From the NCBI RefSeq assembly GCF_032117575.1, contig NZ_JAULZA010000034.1: a DNA stretch of 64,000 bases; one strand, written 5' to 3'. Shown here one piece after another: positions 29,717-38,729 of the stretch (position 1 is its first letter; each line of letters opens with the position of its first letter). Position numbers and translations under genes: made by a program. The notes below the pieces were generated by a model that saw only the letters and a program-made list of their open reading frames with translations, was not told where the DNA came from and did not search any database. This DNA is from Mycolicibacterium sp. (GTDB taxonomy: Bacteria; Actinomycetota; Actinomycetes; Mycobacteriales; Mycobacteriaceae).

Positions 29717-30070
29717 TCAGCAGACGCTGCGGTGCTGGCGAGCAGCAAAGAACTCCGCCCACGAGGAAACCTCGGGGTGCTGCTTGAGCAGGGCGCGGCG
29801 CTGGCGCTCCGTCATACCACCCCAGACACCGAACTCAACGCGGTTGTCCAGCGCGTCGGCTCCGCATTCGGTGATGACCGGGCAATGCCGGCAGATGACG
29901 GCGGCCTTTCGCTGAGCGGCGCCGCGGACGAAAAGCTGGTCGGGATCAGCCGTGCGACAGAGAGCTTTCGAGACCCACGCGATTCGGGCTTCCCCGCTCG
30001 CTGCTTGTTGAAGTGAACTCTGCATAGACGCTGTGCTAGTCCTACGGGCAGCGGGCCGAGTCACCGACAC
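29717..30070 (-). CDS. whiB4: WhiB-family Fe-S transcriptional regulator WhiB4
   Basis: Four Cys (C...CRHC...C) and GVWGG turn; divergent from ponA2. Confidence 0.93.
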   Translation of the reverse strand: MSVTRPAARRTSTASMQSSLQQAASGEARIAWVSKALCRTADPDQLFVRGAAQRKAAVICRHCPVITECGADALDNRVEFGVWGGMTERQRRALLKQHPEVSSWAEFFAARQHRSVC

Positions 30071-30132
30071 TGGCGATCCCCTTCGTCTACAGCCGCCGTA
30101 CTGGCGACCAATCCCTCCGATGTAGGCCGCGG

Positions 30133-30176
30133 TGCGATCTACGCCACATTGCTTCGCCTGTGTAACCTGCGTCGCA
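30133..30176. promoter_or_regulatory. Tandem CRP-like boxes upstream of whiB4
   Basis: TGCGA-N6-CCACA (30133-30148) and TGTAA-N6-TCGCA (30161-30176), each 8/10 to TGTGA-N6-TCACA. Confidence 0.5.
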
Positions 30177-30371
30177 CTGTGTGCTTAAAGTAGGTGGTCA
30201 GTCCCGTTTGCGCAACAGTCAGATCACAGGTTTTTTGGGACAACCGTCCAGGCCGAGCATGAACTGGGGTTTTGTGACTCCGGGGTCAGAAGTCGTGGTT
30301 TGTTGCCGCCCACCCCGAACCCGACTACGGGCCTGAAAATGCGCGGTAGCCGCCTCGTTAGGCTGTAACTC

Positions 30372-32873
30372 ATGTCGGAACGCCCCCCGGCAGGCTCCAC
30401 GGTCATCAAGCTGGCGTGGTCCTGCCTCCTTGCCAGCGTTCTCGTGGCGGCTCTGCTGTTCCCCCTGGTGGGGGGATTGGGTTTGATGTCAAACCGCGCC
30501 TCCGACATCGTGGCCAACGGATCAACGCAGGTCCTCGAGGGTGAAGTCCCCGCGGTGACGACCATGGTCGACACCAAGGGCAATACCATCGCGTGGCTGT
30601 ATTCGCAGCGCCGATTCGAAGTGCCCAGCGACAAGATCGCCGACACCATGAAACTGGCCCTGGTCTCGATCGAGGACAAACGCTTCGCCGAGCACAACGG
30701 TGTGGATTGGAAGGGCACCCTGACGGGGCTGGCCGGCTACGCCTCCGGCGACTCCGACACCCGCGGCGGCTCCACTATCGAGCAGCAGTATGTGAAGAAC
30801 TATCAGTTGCTGGTCACCGCGCGGACCGACGCGGAGAAAAGAGCCGCGATCGCGCCGACGCCGGCCCGCAAGCTGCGCGAGATCCGAATGGCTCTGAGCT
30901 TGGACAAGACCCTGACCAAGCCGGAGATTCTCACCCGCTACCTCAATCTGGTGTCGTTCGGCAACGGTGCGTTCGGAATCCAAGATGCCGCCCAGACCTA
31001 CTTCGGGATCGATGCGGCGAATCTCAACTGGGCGCAGTCAGCGCTGCTCGCGGGGTTGGTTCGGTCCACCAGCTCACTGAATCCCTACGTCAACCCGGAC
31101 GGCGCACTGGCTCGCCGAAATCTCGTGCTGGACCAGATGATCGAGCAACTGCCCGACAAGGCCGGCGAGCTGCGGGCGGCCAAGCAACAGCCGCTGGGCA
31201 TCCTTCCCCGACCGAACGAACTGCCACGGGGTTGCATCGCGGCCGGCGACCGCGCCTTCTTCTGCGATTACGCGCAGGAGTACCTGATGCGGGCCGGCCT
31301 GACCAAAGAACAGATCTCCCGCGGCGGCTACCTGATCAAGACCACGCTGGATCCCGACGTGCAGGGTGAGGTCAAGAAGGCGGTCGATGCGCTTGCGGCC
31401 CCGGACCTCGACGGCATCGCAAGCGTGATGAACGTGATCCTGCCGGGCAAGACCAGCCACCCGGTGGTCGCCATGGCGAGTAACCGCACCTACGGCCTGG
31501 ACATCGACGCCGGGCAGACCGTTCAGCCGCAACCGTTCTCCTTGGTCGGCGACGGTGCCGGCTCCATCTTCAAGATCTTCACCATCGCCGCGGCACTCGA
31601 TCTGGGGCTCGGGATCAACGCGACGCTGGACGTGCCGGGCCGGTTCGAGGCGCGGGGACTCGGCGAGGGTGGCGCCAAGGGCTGCCCGAGGGAAACCTGG
31701 TGCGTCGAGAACTATCGGGATCCGCGCTATCTGCAGATGAACGTCACCGAAGCACTGGCGAAATCGCCGAATACGGCGTTCGCCAAACTCATCTCGCAAG
31801 TCGGAGTCAGCCGCACCGTCGACATGGCCGTGCGACTGGGCCTGCGGTCCTACACCGAACCGGGCACGGCGCGCGGCTACGAAGTCGACAACAACGAAAG
31901 CCTGGCCGATTTCATCAAGCGACAGAACATCGGGTCGTTCACCCTGGGCCCGTTCCAGGTCAACCCGCTGGAGTTGGCCAATGTCGCTGCCACGCTGGCG
32001 TCCGGCGGCATGTGGTGCCCACCTAATCCGATCGACAAGGTTTTTGACCGGCGCGGCAACGAAATCGCGATCGACGCCGAAGCCTGCGAACAGGTGGTAC
32101 CGGAAGGTCTGGCCGACACGTTGTCCAATGCGATGGGCAAGGACACCACCATCGGGACCGGTGCACCGGCGGCCAGTGCAGCGGGCTGGGACCTTCCGAT
32201 GTCGGGCAAGACCGGGACCACCGAAGCGCACCGCTCGGCGGGATTCTTCGGCTACACCAATCGCTTCGCAGCGGTGAACTACATCTACGACGACTCCCCG
32301 CAGCCGAGCGACCTGTGTTCGTTCCCGCTGCGTCCCTGTAGCGACGGCGATCTGTTCGGCGGCAAGGAGCCGGCCGAGACGTGGTTCACCGCGATGACAC
32401 CGATCGCGACGAACTTCGGTGACGTCACCATGCCGCCGACCGATCCCCGCTACGTCGACGGCGCGCCGGGCTCACGGGTGCCCAACGTCAGCGGTATGCC
32501 CCAGGACAGTGCACGAGAAGAGCTGCGCAACTCCGGATTTCAGATCGCCGAACAGGTACGTATGCAGAACAGTGCTGCGTCGGCCGGAACAGTGCTGGGC
32601 ACCATCCCGAGCGGGCAGGTGGTGCCGGGCATCATCGTCACCCTGATCGTCAGCAACGGCGTCGCGCCACCCCCGCCGCCCAAACCGGCCGCACCGTCGC
32701 CGCCGCCCGGCCCCGGCGGTCCCCCTCCGCTGCCCGGCCTGCCACCGCAGATCGGATCGACGGTCGTGCAGATTCCGGGCCTCCCACCGATCACGGTGCC
32801 GGTGATCGCGCCACCACCGCCACCGCCCCCACCACCCGCACCGCCGCCACCACCACCGCCGCCACCGCCGTAA
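30372..32873 (+). CDS. ponA2: Class A penicillin-binding protein PonA2
   Basis: Transglycosylase EDKRF...H.G and GGSTIEQQ; transpeptidase SIFK, SPN, KTG; PASTA domain; poly-Pro tail. Confidence 0.95.
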   Translation: MSERPPAGSTVIKLAWSCLLASVLVAALLFPLVGGLGLMSNRASDIVANGSTQVLEGEVPAVTTMVDTKGNTIAWLYSQRRFEVPSDKIADTMKLALVSIEDKRFAEHNGVDWKGTLTGLAGYASGDSDTRGGSTIEQQYVKNYQLLVTARTDAEKRAAIAPTPARKLREIRMALSLDKTLTKPEILTRYLNLVSFGNGAFGIQDAAQTYFGIDAANLNWAQSALLAGLVRSTSSLNPYVNPDGALARRNLVLDQMIEQLPDKAGELRAAKQQPLGILPRPNELPRGCIAAGDRAFFCDYAQEYLMRAGLTKEQISRGGYLIKTTLDPDVQGEVKKAVDALAAPDLDGIASVMNVILPGKTSHPVVAMASNRTYGLDIDAGQTVQPQPFSLVGDGAGSIFKIFTIAAALDLGLGINATLDVPGRFEARGLGEGGAKGCPRETWCVENYRDPRYLQMNVTEALAKSPNTAFAKLISQVGVSRTVDMAVRLGLRSYTEPGTARGYEVDNNESLADFIKRQNIGSFTLGPFQVNPLELANVAATLASGGMWCPPNPIDKVFDRRGNEIAIDAEACEQVVPEGLADTLSNAMGKDTTIGTGAPAASAAGWDLPMSGKTGTTEAHRSAGFFGYTNRFAAVNYIYDDSPQPSDLCSFPLRPCSDGDLFGGKEPAETWFTAMTPIATNFGDVTMPPTDPRYVDGAPGSRVPNVSGMPQDSAREELRNSGFQIAEQVRMQNSAASAGTVLGTIPSGQVVPGIIVTLIVSNGVAPPPPPKPAAPSPPPGPGGPPPLPGLPPQIGSTVVQIPGLPPITVPVIAPPPPPPPPPAPPPPPPPPPP

Positions 32874-32926
32874 CGGTCGGAATTTTCTCCATCCGCGGCA
32901 CGGGGAACTGGCAGTAGTCTGCCGGT

Positions 32927-33880
32927 ATGGCCGCCAATGCCTTGAGGACATCAGCCACCGCTGCGGCCGGAACCGCCGCTCTCGGGGTTGCCTACGCCGC
33001 GGTGATCGAGCGCAACGCCTTCGTGGTCCGCGAGGTCACGATGCCGGTTCTGACCCCTGGATCGACGCCGCTGCGGGTACTGCACCTCAGCGACATCCAC
33101 ATGCGCCCGGCGCAGCGCCAGAAGCGGGCATGGCTGCGCGAACTGGCGCAGTGGGAGCCGGACTTCGTGGTCAACACCGGCGACAACCTTGCCCACCCCA
33201 AGGCCGTACCCGCCGTGGTGCAGTCGCTCGGCGACCTGCTGGCGGTTCCGGGGGTATTCGTCTTCGGCAGCAACGATTACTTCGCACCGACACTGAAGAA
33301 TCCGGCGAAGTACCTCACCGACAGGGATCACCGGGTGCACGGCAAGCCGCTGCCCTGGCAGGATCTCCGCGCGGCGTTCACCGAGCGCGGCTGGCTCGAC
33401 CTGACGCACAACCGTCGCGAGCTGGAGGTGGCCGGCCTGGTGATCGCCGCGGCCGGCGTCGACGACGCCCACCTCGGACGTGACCGCTACGACACGATCG
33501 CCGGCGCCCCGAGTGCGGGCGCCAACCTGACCCTCGGGGTCACCCACGCCCCGTACACCCGTGTCCTGGACCGGTTCGCCGCCGATGGCTACCAGTTGGT
33601 CATGGCCGGCCACACCCACGGCGGCCAACTGTGCCTGCCGTTCTACGGCGCGCTGGTCACCAACTGCGATTTGGACCGGTCGAGGGTCAAGGGCGCGTCG
33701 CGCTGGGGCGCCGAGACCGCACTGCATGTCTCGGCCGGCATCGGTACATCGCCGTTCGCACCGCTGCGGTTCTGCTGCCGGCCGGAGGCCACGCTGCTCA
33801 CGCTGGTGGCCGCCCCTACCGGCGGCGGTGACGTCACCCGCACCCTGCTCAGTTCGACGCCCACCGTTTCGGTGCGCTAG
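32927..33880 (+). CDS. Calcineurin-like metallophosphoesterase (Rv3683)
   Basis: SDIH, TGD, GSND and GHTHGG motifs. Confidence 0.9.
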   Translation: MAANALRTSATAAAGTAALGVAYAAVIERNAFVVREVTMPVLTPGSTPLRVLHLSDIHMRPAQRQKRAWLRELAQWEPDFVVNTGDNLAHPKAVPAVVQSLGDLLAVPGVFVFGSNDYFAPTLKNPAKYLTDRDHRVHGKPLPWQDLRAAFTERGWLDLTHNRRELEVAGLVIAAAGVDDAHLGRDRYDTIAGAPSAGANLTLGVTHAPYTRVLDRFAADGYQLVMAGHTHGGQLCLPFYGALVTNCDLDRSRVKGASRWGAETALHVSAGIGTSPFAPLRFCCRPEATLLTLVAAPTGGGDVTRTLLSSTPTVSVR

Positions 33881-33887
33881 TGATTCC

Positions 33888-35018
33888 GTGAGCCTGCAGT
33901 CGGTCCAACCAGCCGCCCGCAGTGGGCCTCGAGGCTGGTCTGACGAAGCCGTCCGGCTTATCGAGGCCGATACCCGCCGTAGCGCCGACACCCACCTGCT
34001 GCGCTATCCGCTCCCGTCGGCCTGGTGTGAACAGGCCGACGTCGCGCTCTACCTCAAGGACGAGTCGACCCACATCACCGGAAGCCTCAAGCACCGGCTG
34101 GCCCGGTCGCTGTTCCTCTACGGGCTGTGCAACGGCTGGATCACCGAGGGCACCACCGTGGTGGAGGCGTCGTCGGGTTCCACCGCGGTGTCCGAGGCGT
34201 ACTTCGCCGCGCTGCTGGGTCTGCCGTTCGTCGCGGTGATGCCCTCCTCCACCAGTAGGGCCAAGATCGAACTGATCGAGAAATTCGGTGGGCGTTGCCA
34301 TTTCGTCGAAAGTTCTGGCGAGGTGAACGCCGCGGCCCATCGTGTCGCCGAGGAGACCGGCGGGCACTTCCTCGACCAGTTCACCAACGCCGAACGAGCC
34401 ACCGACTGGCGCGGCAACAACAACATCGCCGAGTCGATCTTCGACCAGCTGGGCGACGAACGTCACCCGGTGCCTTCTTGGGTGGTGGTGGGCGCGGGCA
34501 CCGGCGGCACCAGCGCCACGATCGGCCGCTACATCCGGTATCGCGGCCACCCCACCCGGCTGTGCGTGGTGGACCCGGAGAACTCCGCCTTCTACCCGGC
34601 CTACGTCCAGCGGCGCCGCGATATCACCACCGGGATGTCCTCCCGGGTAGAGGGAATCGGCCGGCCGCACGTCGAACCGTCGTTCTTGCCGACGGTGATC
34701 GACCGGATGGTTCAGGTTCCCGACGCCGCGTCGGTGGCAGCCGCGCACCGGGTGTCGTCCGTTCTGGGGCGTCGGGTGGGCCCGTCCACCGGGACCAACC
34801 TCTGGGGGGCGTTCGGGCTGCTGGCCGAGATGGTGGCCGCCGGCACCAGCGGATCGGTGGTCACCCTGATCTGCGACAGCGGGGACCGCTACAGCGACAC
34901 CTATAACGACGACGCCTGGCTGGCCAAGCACGGGTTGGCACCGGAGCGGCACACCGAAACGCTGGACGAATTCGAGCGGTCCTGCGTGTGGCCAGACTCC
35001 GCACCAGCTGCACGCTGA
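33888..35018 (+). CDS. cds1: PLP-dependent cysteine synthase-family enzyme / cysteine desulfhydrase (Rv3684)
   Basis: PLP Lys TGSLKHR, EASSGST and GAGTGGT; third gene after ponA2 and Rv3683; GTG start at 33888. Confidence 0.85.
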   Translation: MSLQSVQPAARSGPRGWSDEAVRLIEADTRRSADTHLLRYPLPSAWCEQADVALYLKDESTHITGSLKHRLARSLFLYGLCNGWITEGTTVVEASSGSTAVSEAYFAALLGLPFVAVMPSSTSRAKIELIEKFGGRCHFVESSGEVNAAAHRVAEETGGHFLDQFTNAERATDWRGNNNIAESIFDQLGDERHPVPSWVVVGAGTGGTSATIGRYIRYRGHPTRLCVVDPENSAFYPAYVQRRRDITTGMSSRVEGIGRPHVEPSFLPTVIDRMVQVPDAASVAAAHRVSSVLGRRVGPSTGTNLWGAFGLLAEMVAAGTSGSVVTLICDSGDRYSDTYNDDAWLAKHGLAPERHTETLDEFERSCVWPDSAPAAR

Positions 35019-35067
35019 GCGTTTGGCTTACCGGGTTGCCGGTGCGATAGGCTGACGGCGCTTCATG

Positions 35068-35141
<74 letters not shown>

Positions 35142-35151
35142 CAGTGAAGGC

Positions 35152-35189
35152 AAAGCCCTGACCACGGGTCCGTGGGTCAGGGCTTTGTT
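35152..35189 (+). terminator. Intrinsic terminator after tRNA-Pro
   Basis: AAAGCCCTGACC...GGTCAGGGCTTT followed by GTT. Confidence 0.8.
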
Positions 35190-35208
35190 GTGTCGAGGGC
35201 CGCGGTGA

Positions 35209-35501
35209 TTAACGTAGGCCGATTCCGCCGATTCCGCCGATTCCACCGGCACCACCGATGCCGCCATAACCGCCGACGCCCCAGTTGGGCTGATCGAAAA
35301 CGGCGCCGGGATCGTAGGGGTCGTAGTAAGCGCAGAGCGGATCCGAATCGACGACCGCGCCGGGGTACGGGTCGTAGTTGGGCACATACGTCGGCGCGCC
35401 TGGACTGCCTACAACGGCAGCACAGTTGGTACGGCGGGCAGCGCCATCATCGCCGCGGCCGCTCCCAATAGTGGGGTCAGGGCTGATTTTCGACTGGTCA
35501 T
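35209..35501 (-). pseudogene. Frameshifted small secreted Tyr/Pro/Gly-rich protein
   Basis: Signal-peptide-like MTSRKSALTPLLGAAAAMMAL... stops after 30 aa. A second frame continues TNCAAVVGSPGAPTYVPNYDPYPG...GGIGGIGGIGLR*. The span is 293 nt, not a multiple of 3. Confidence 0.55.
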
Positions 35502-35553
35502 CGCCAGCCCGCTCTTCTCTTGTTCGCTTGACAGCGAAACACGCAGGAGGACG

Positions 35554-35988
35554 CTACGCGGCCCGATCCGTGGCCCGAGCTCTCAGCAGCGACTGCAAGT
35601 CAGCGTCCAGCTCTCCGAGAACCTTCTCGACGGTCGCCCGCGGAAGCAGACGCATCATGGCGGCGGTCACCGATGACGACACCGCACGGACGTCCTGCAC
35701 CGCAATCCCGGCACTGCGCGCGAACCGGATGGTGTACGCGGCCGCTCCCCGCTTCACCGCAGCCGCACTGCAGCCGTGATCGGCGAGGAAGATCGACCTG
35801 ACGGGCTCCGGGAGATCGGCCGCGAAGCCAGCCGCCGCCACGGCGCTGAGACGCTCCAGGATCATCTGCAACCACGACCACAGCACGCGAACCGCGAACT
35901 CCCGGTCATCGGTCTGCAACTCCGCAGCCACCGCGTCGATCCACTCGTTTGCGGCGTGTGACCGGATAAACGCTGGGGCGATAGCCAT
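35554..35988 (-). CDS. DUF2267-family protein
   Basis: ANEWIDAVAAEL...AVRVL...L.ERL....A..FAA.LP pattern; GGAGA RBS before the ATG at 35988. Confidence 0.7.
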   Translation of the reverse strand: MAIAPAFIRSHAANEWIDAVAAELQTDDREFAVRVLWSWLQMILERLSAVAAAGFAADLPEPVRSIFLADHGCSAAAVKRGAAAYTIRFARSAGIAVQDVRAVSSSVTAAMMRLLPRATVEKVLGELDADLQSLLRARATDRAA

Positions 35989-36420
35989 GCCGTTCTCCGA
36001 TCGTGTCGTGAATGTGACAATGCTGCGAGACGCCAGCCGCATCCGGTAGGGACCAATGGCTCTAGTTTGCGAACCGGATCGTGCTTCGCCTCGGCTAAGG
36101 CATCGGCGCGTCGTCGGCGCCGCCGCACGAATATCGACCAGCGGCTGACGGATCGGTCGGCCCTCGTTTCTCTGGTTTCGCCGATCAGCCAAACACGTAG
36201 AAGGGGTGGTTCCCTAAATCGTCGGGTTTGAATCCCATCGGGGCCCGGAGTCGGTACAACGGCTCAGATCCCGCGGGCAAGATGATCTTCTTCACTCGTC
36301 GAGGCGCCTACGGCCCGAGAAGCGCTGCGGCGACCGTGCGCGGAATCACAGGCATGCGAAAGAGACCAATGGATCTAATCGCGAACTAGATCGTGTTCGG
36401 CCAGCGCTAGAGTCGCACCC

Positions 36421-36567
36421 GTGCCGATGCACGCCCGGGTGAAGAACGGCCACCCCCCGAAGATCTGCGAACGCTGCGGCCGCCCGTTCGAGTGGCGCAA
36501 GAAGTGGGCGCGGGACTGGGAAACCGTGAAGTACTGCTCGCAGGCCTGCCGTGCGGGCAAGCGATGA
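36421..36567 (+). CDS. DUF2256 small Cys-rich (zinc-finger-like) protein, not in the ORF track
   Basis: Translated by hand: (VP)[52 protein letters not shown] -10 box 7 nt before the GTG. Confidence 0.9.
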   Translation: MPMHARVKNGHPPKICERCGRPFEWRKKWARDWETVKYCSQACRAGKR

Positions 36568-36574
36568 ACCGCCG

Positions 36575-37846
36575 CTACTGCGGATCCAGGCCCATCATCT
36601 GCGCCGGGAACATCGTCAGCGTGTCATCGCTGCTGCGAGCCTGAGGCCGAACCTGATCCGGCGGGGTGAAGACGCTCGCGTCGATTTCCAGGTCGCGCAC
36701 CGACTGTTCCTGGGTGGCGGTAATGGGATTTTCCACCTCGATGTCGGCCGGCACCGTGCCGCCGAAGTTGTTCTCCACCATCCACTGGGTGTCGGGCCGG
36801 GCGATGTTGGCCGTCTCAGGCAGCGCGGCGTCGCGGATCCAGATGGCGTCCTTGGTGACGTTGACGACGACGTTGTCGATACCGAACGCGAACAGCCCGG
36901 TGTAATGCTCGCGGATCCCGGCGATCATCTCCCCCACCAGTTCGCGGTCGAACGACAGGTGGGTTGCCATCGCAAGCCTCGGCTTGATCTGCCCGGCAAG
37001 GTAGCCGACTCCGTAGTGGGTGGTGTGGTAGTTGTCCAGCACATAGGCGCCCAGCAGCGGTGACACGCCCTGCTTGAGGGCCCAGAGATTGACCAGATCA
37101 CAGGCCAGTTCGCTGACGAACACGTCGGCGCCGGCGGCGTACTTCTCGGTGAGCCGGTCGGGTTTTCCGTCGCCGGTCCACACGAACGACAGTCCGTTCC
37201 AGTCCAGCCGGTAGGCCGAGGCTCCGTCGGACCCGTGCGAGCGCCGCCAGTGGATCACGCGCACCCCGTCCCGCTCGAAGCACACGCCGCCGTCGTCGCG
37301 GAAGTCGAACTCGCTGGGCTGGATTCGGTAGCCGTCGCGCATCGGGCCGACTGCCCACTGGGCGGTCCAGGCGCCCATCGCCTCCATGTGGGCGCACATC
37401 GCCGCGGTGCCCAGTTCCGGTGTCCGGCCGGAGGGACCGATCACCCGCAGCGGCGTCCAGCGGCCGTTGAACGGCGCGAACTGCCACAGATAGGGCAGGT
37501 CACCGAAGTGGTCGACGTGCAGGTGCGTCAGGAAGATGTCGTTGATCTGCGGCACCGGCACCTGGTGGGCGATGATATTGCGCAGGCAACCGGGGCCGAA
37601 ATCGAAGAACAGCCTCGTGCAGGAACCATTTTCGCCGCCCAGTTCCACCATCAGGCAGGTAGCCGCCTGGGAGAGCCGAGGCGGCCACGGGTTACTGCCC
37701 ATGACGATGATCCGCATCTCGTCGGGTCCGAGCGGCTCGCTCTGCGGGAAGTAGGTGTTGCGGTTGCGCACCGACGGGGTCGGCCGGTAGTACGGCGGCA
37801 TCGAGACGCCGCTGCCCGGCGGAGCTCCGTAGGCGTTGGGGTCCAT
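36575..37846 (-). CDS. RNase Z/AtsA-like MBL-fold metallohydrolase (GntH-like family)
   Basis: FFDFGPG, THLHVDH, RSHG, WTGD, YHTT and ATHL motifs. Confidence 0.8.
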   Translation of the reverse strand: MDPNAYGAPPGSGVSMPPYYRPTPSVRNRNTYFPQSEPLGPDEMRIIVMGSNPWPPRLSQAATCLMVELGGENGSCTRLFFDFGPGCLRNIIAHQVPVPQINDIFLTHLHVDHFGDLPYLWQFAPFNGRWTPLRVIGPSGRTPELGTAAMCAHMEAMGAWTAQWAVGPMRDGYRIQPSEFDFRDDGGVCFERDGVRVIHWRRSHGSDGASAYRLDWNGLSFVWTGDGKPDRLTEKYAAGADVFVSELACDLVNLWALKQGVSPLLGAYVLDNYHTTHYGVGYLAGQIKPRLAMATHLSFDRELVGEMIAGIREHYTGLFAFGIDNVVVNVTKDAIWIRDAALPETANIARPDTQWMVENNFGGTVPADIEVENPITATQEQSVRDLEIDASVFTPPDQVRPQARSSDDTLTMFPAQMMGLDPQ

Positions 37847-37850
37847 TTGC

Positions 37851-38717
37851 TTACGGCGCGATGCCGCGCCGGCGCAGGATCAGCGCCTCGGCGACGAGGA
37901 AGACCACCAGCGACGCCACCGCGGCGGCGATGATCGCCGGGTATTGGCCACCCAGATCGGAGGTCTGCCGAATCACAATGCCGGTGAACGCCCAGATCAG
38001 CACCAGCCCGTAGGCAACGTCGCGGTTGCGCAGCATCGTGGCGGTGCCGATCGCCGCAGCCACCGCGACGATGATGACCGCCCAGGTGGACTCTGGCAGA
38101 CCGAAGGCGTCCCACCGCAAATACTGAAGCAGCACAGTGATGTTGGCGACGACAGCGACCGTCGTCCAGCCGAAGTACACACTGAACGGCACTGCGATGA
38201 ACCAGCGCTGCCGCCCGGTGAGATTCGACTTCCGCACCGTGGTGACGATGAGAGCCAGACACGTCAGGATGCTGACGAGCAGCAGCGCCGACAGCGGGAT
38301 CAGGTCGTAATGCCAGGCGAAAATCCAGGCGGTGTTGGCCAGCGAGGAGATCGAGAACAGCACCCCGACCCGGTTGAGCAGAGCGGTGTCGGAGGGAGTG
38401 TCCGGCCGGTCCCGGAAAAGCCCGAGCTGATACAGCACATGGGCGCCCAGCAGCAGGTAGATGACGCCCCAGACCGAGAAGGTCACCCCGGCCGGGGTGA
38501 ACAGGTTGTCATACTCGAGGGAGACTTCGCCGGTGCTTCTGCCGTTGAGCGGCAACGCATTCGCCGCGGCGTTGGTGGCGATCATCGCCAGATAGGTCAC
38601 CACCACCAGAATCTTCACCGGCGTGCGACTGGTCGTCGTGGCGGTCGTCGCGCTCGTTGTCTTCCCCTTCGTCATACCCGGCTCCCCCTTCGTCATACCG
38701 GCTCCCCCTTCGTACAT
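37851..38717 (-). CDS. Tryptophan-rich sensory (TspO-related) multi-TM membrane protein
   Basis: ANALPLNG.STGEVS..Y.NLFTPAG.TFSVWGVIY and PFSVYFGW; about 8 TM helices; three in-frame ATGs. Confidence 0.78.
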   Translation of the reverse strand: MYEGGAGMTKGEPGMTKGKTTSATTATTTSRTPVKILVVVTYLAMIATNAAANALPLNGRSTGEVSLEYDNLFTPAGVTFSVWGVIYLLLGAHVLYQLGLFRDRPDTPSDTALLNRVGVLFSISSLANTAWIFAWHYDLIPLSALLLVSILTCLALIVTTVRKSNLTGRQRWFIAVPFSVYFGWTTVAVVANITVLLQYLRWDAFGLPESTWAVIIVAVAAAIGTATMLRNRDVAYGLVLIWAFTGIVIRQTSDLGGQYPAIIAAAVASLVVFLVAEALILRRRGIAP

Positions 38718-38726
38718 ACCCGGCTC
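38664..38726. repeat. 3 x ~21-bp repeat containing an SD-like sequence plus ATG
   Basis: On the - strand GGGAGCCGG(G)T-ATG occurs three times; ATGs at 38717, 38696 and 38675. Confidence 0.9.
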
Positions 38727-38729
38727 CCG

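Noticed and set aside
32660-32870. Poly-proline tracts in PonA2 (also MceA and MceE)
   Set aside because: Pro-rich tails are usual for these mycobacterial families.
33561-33887. N-terminal extension of the cysteine desulfhydrase
   Set aside because: It overlaps the Rv3683 orthologue out of frame; the GTG at 33888 just after its stop is more plausible.
36382-36399. CGAAC-TAGATCGT-GTTCG as a LexA SOS box upstream of DUF2256
   Set aside because: The spacer is 8 nt rather than the 4 nt of the mycobacterial TCGAAC-N4-GTTCGA box. It might bind another regulator, but I have no support for that.
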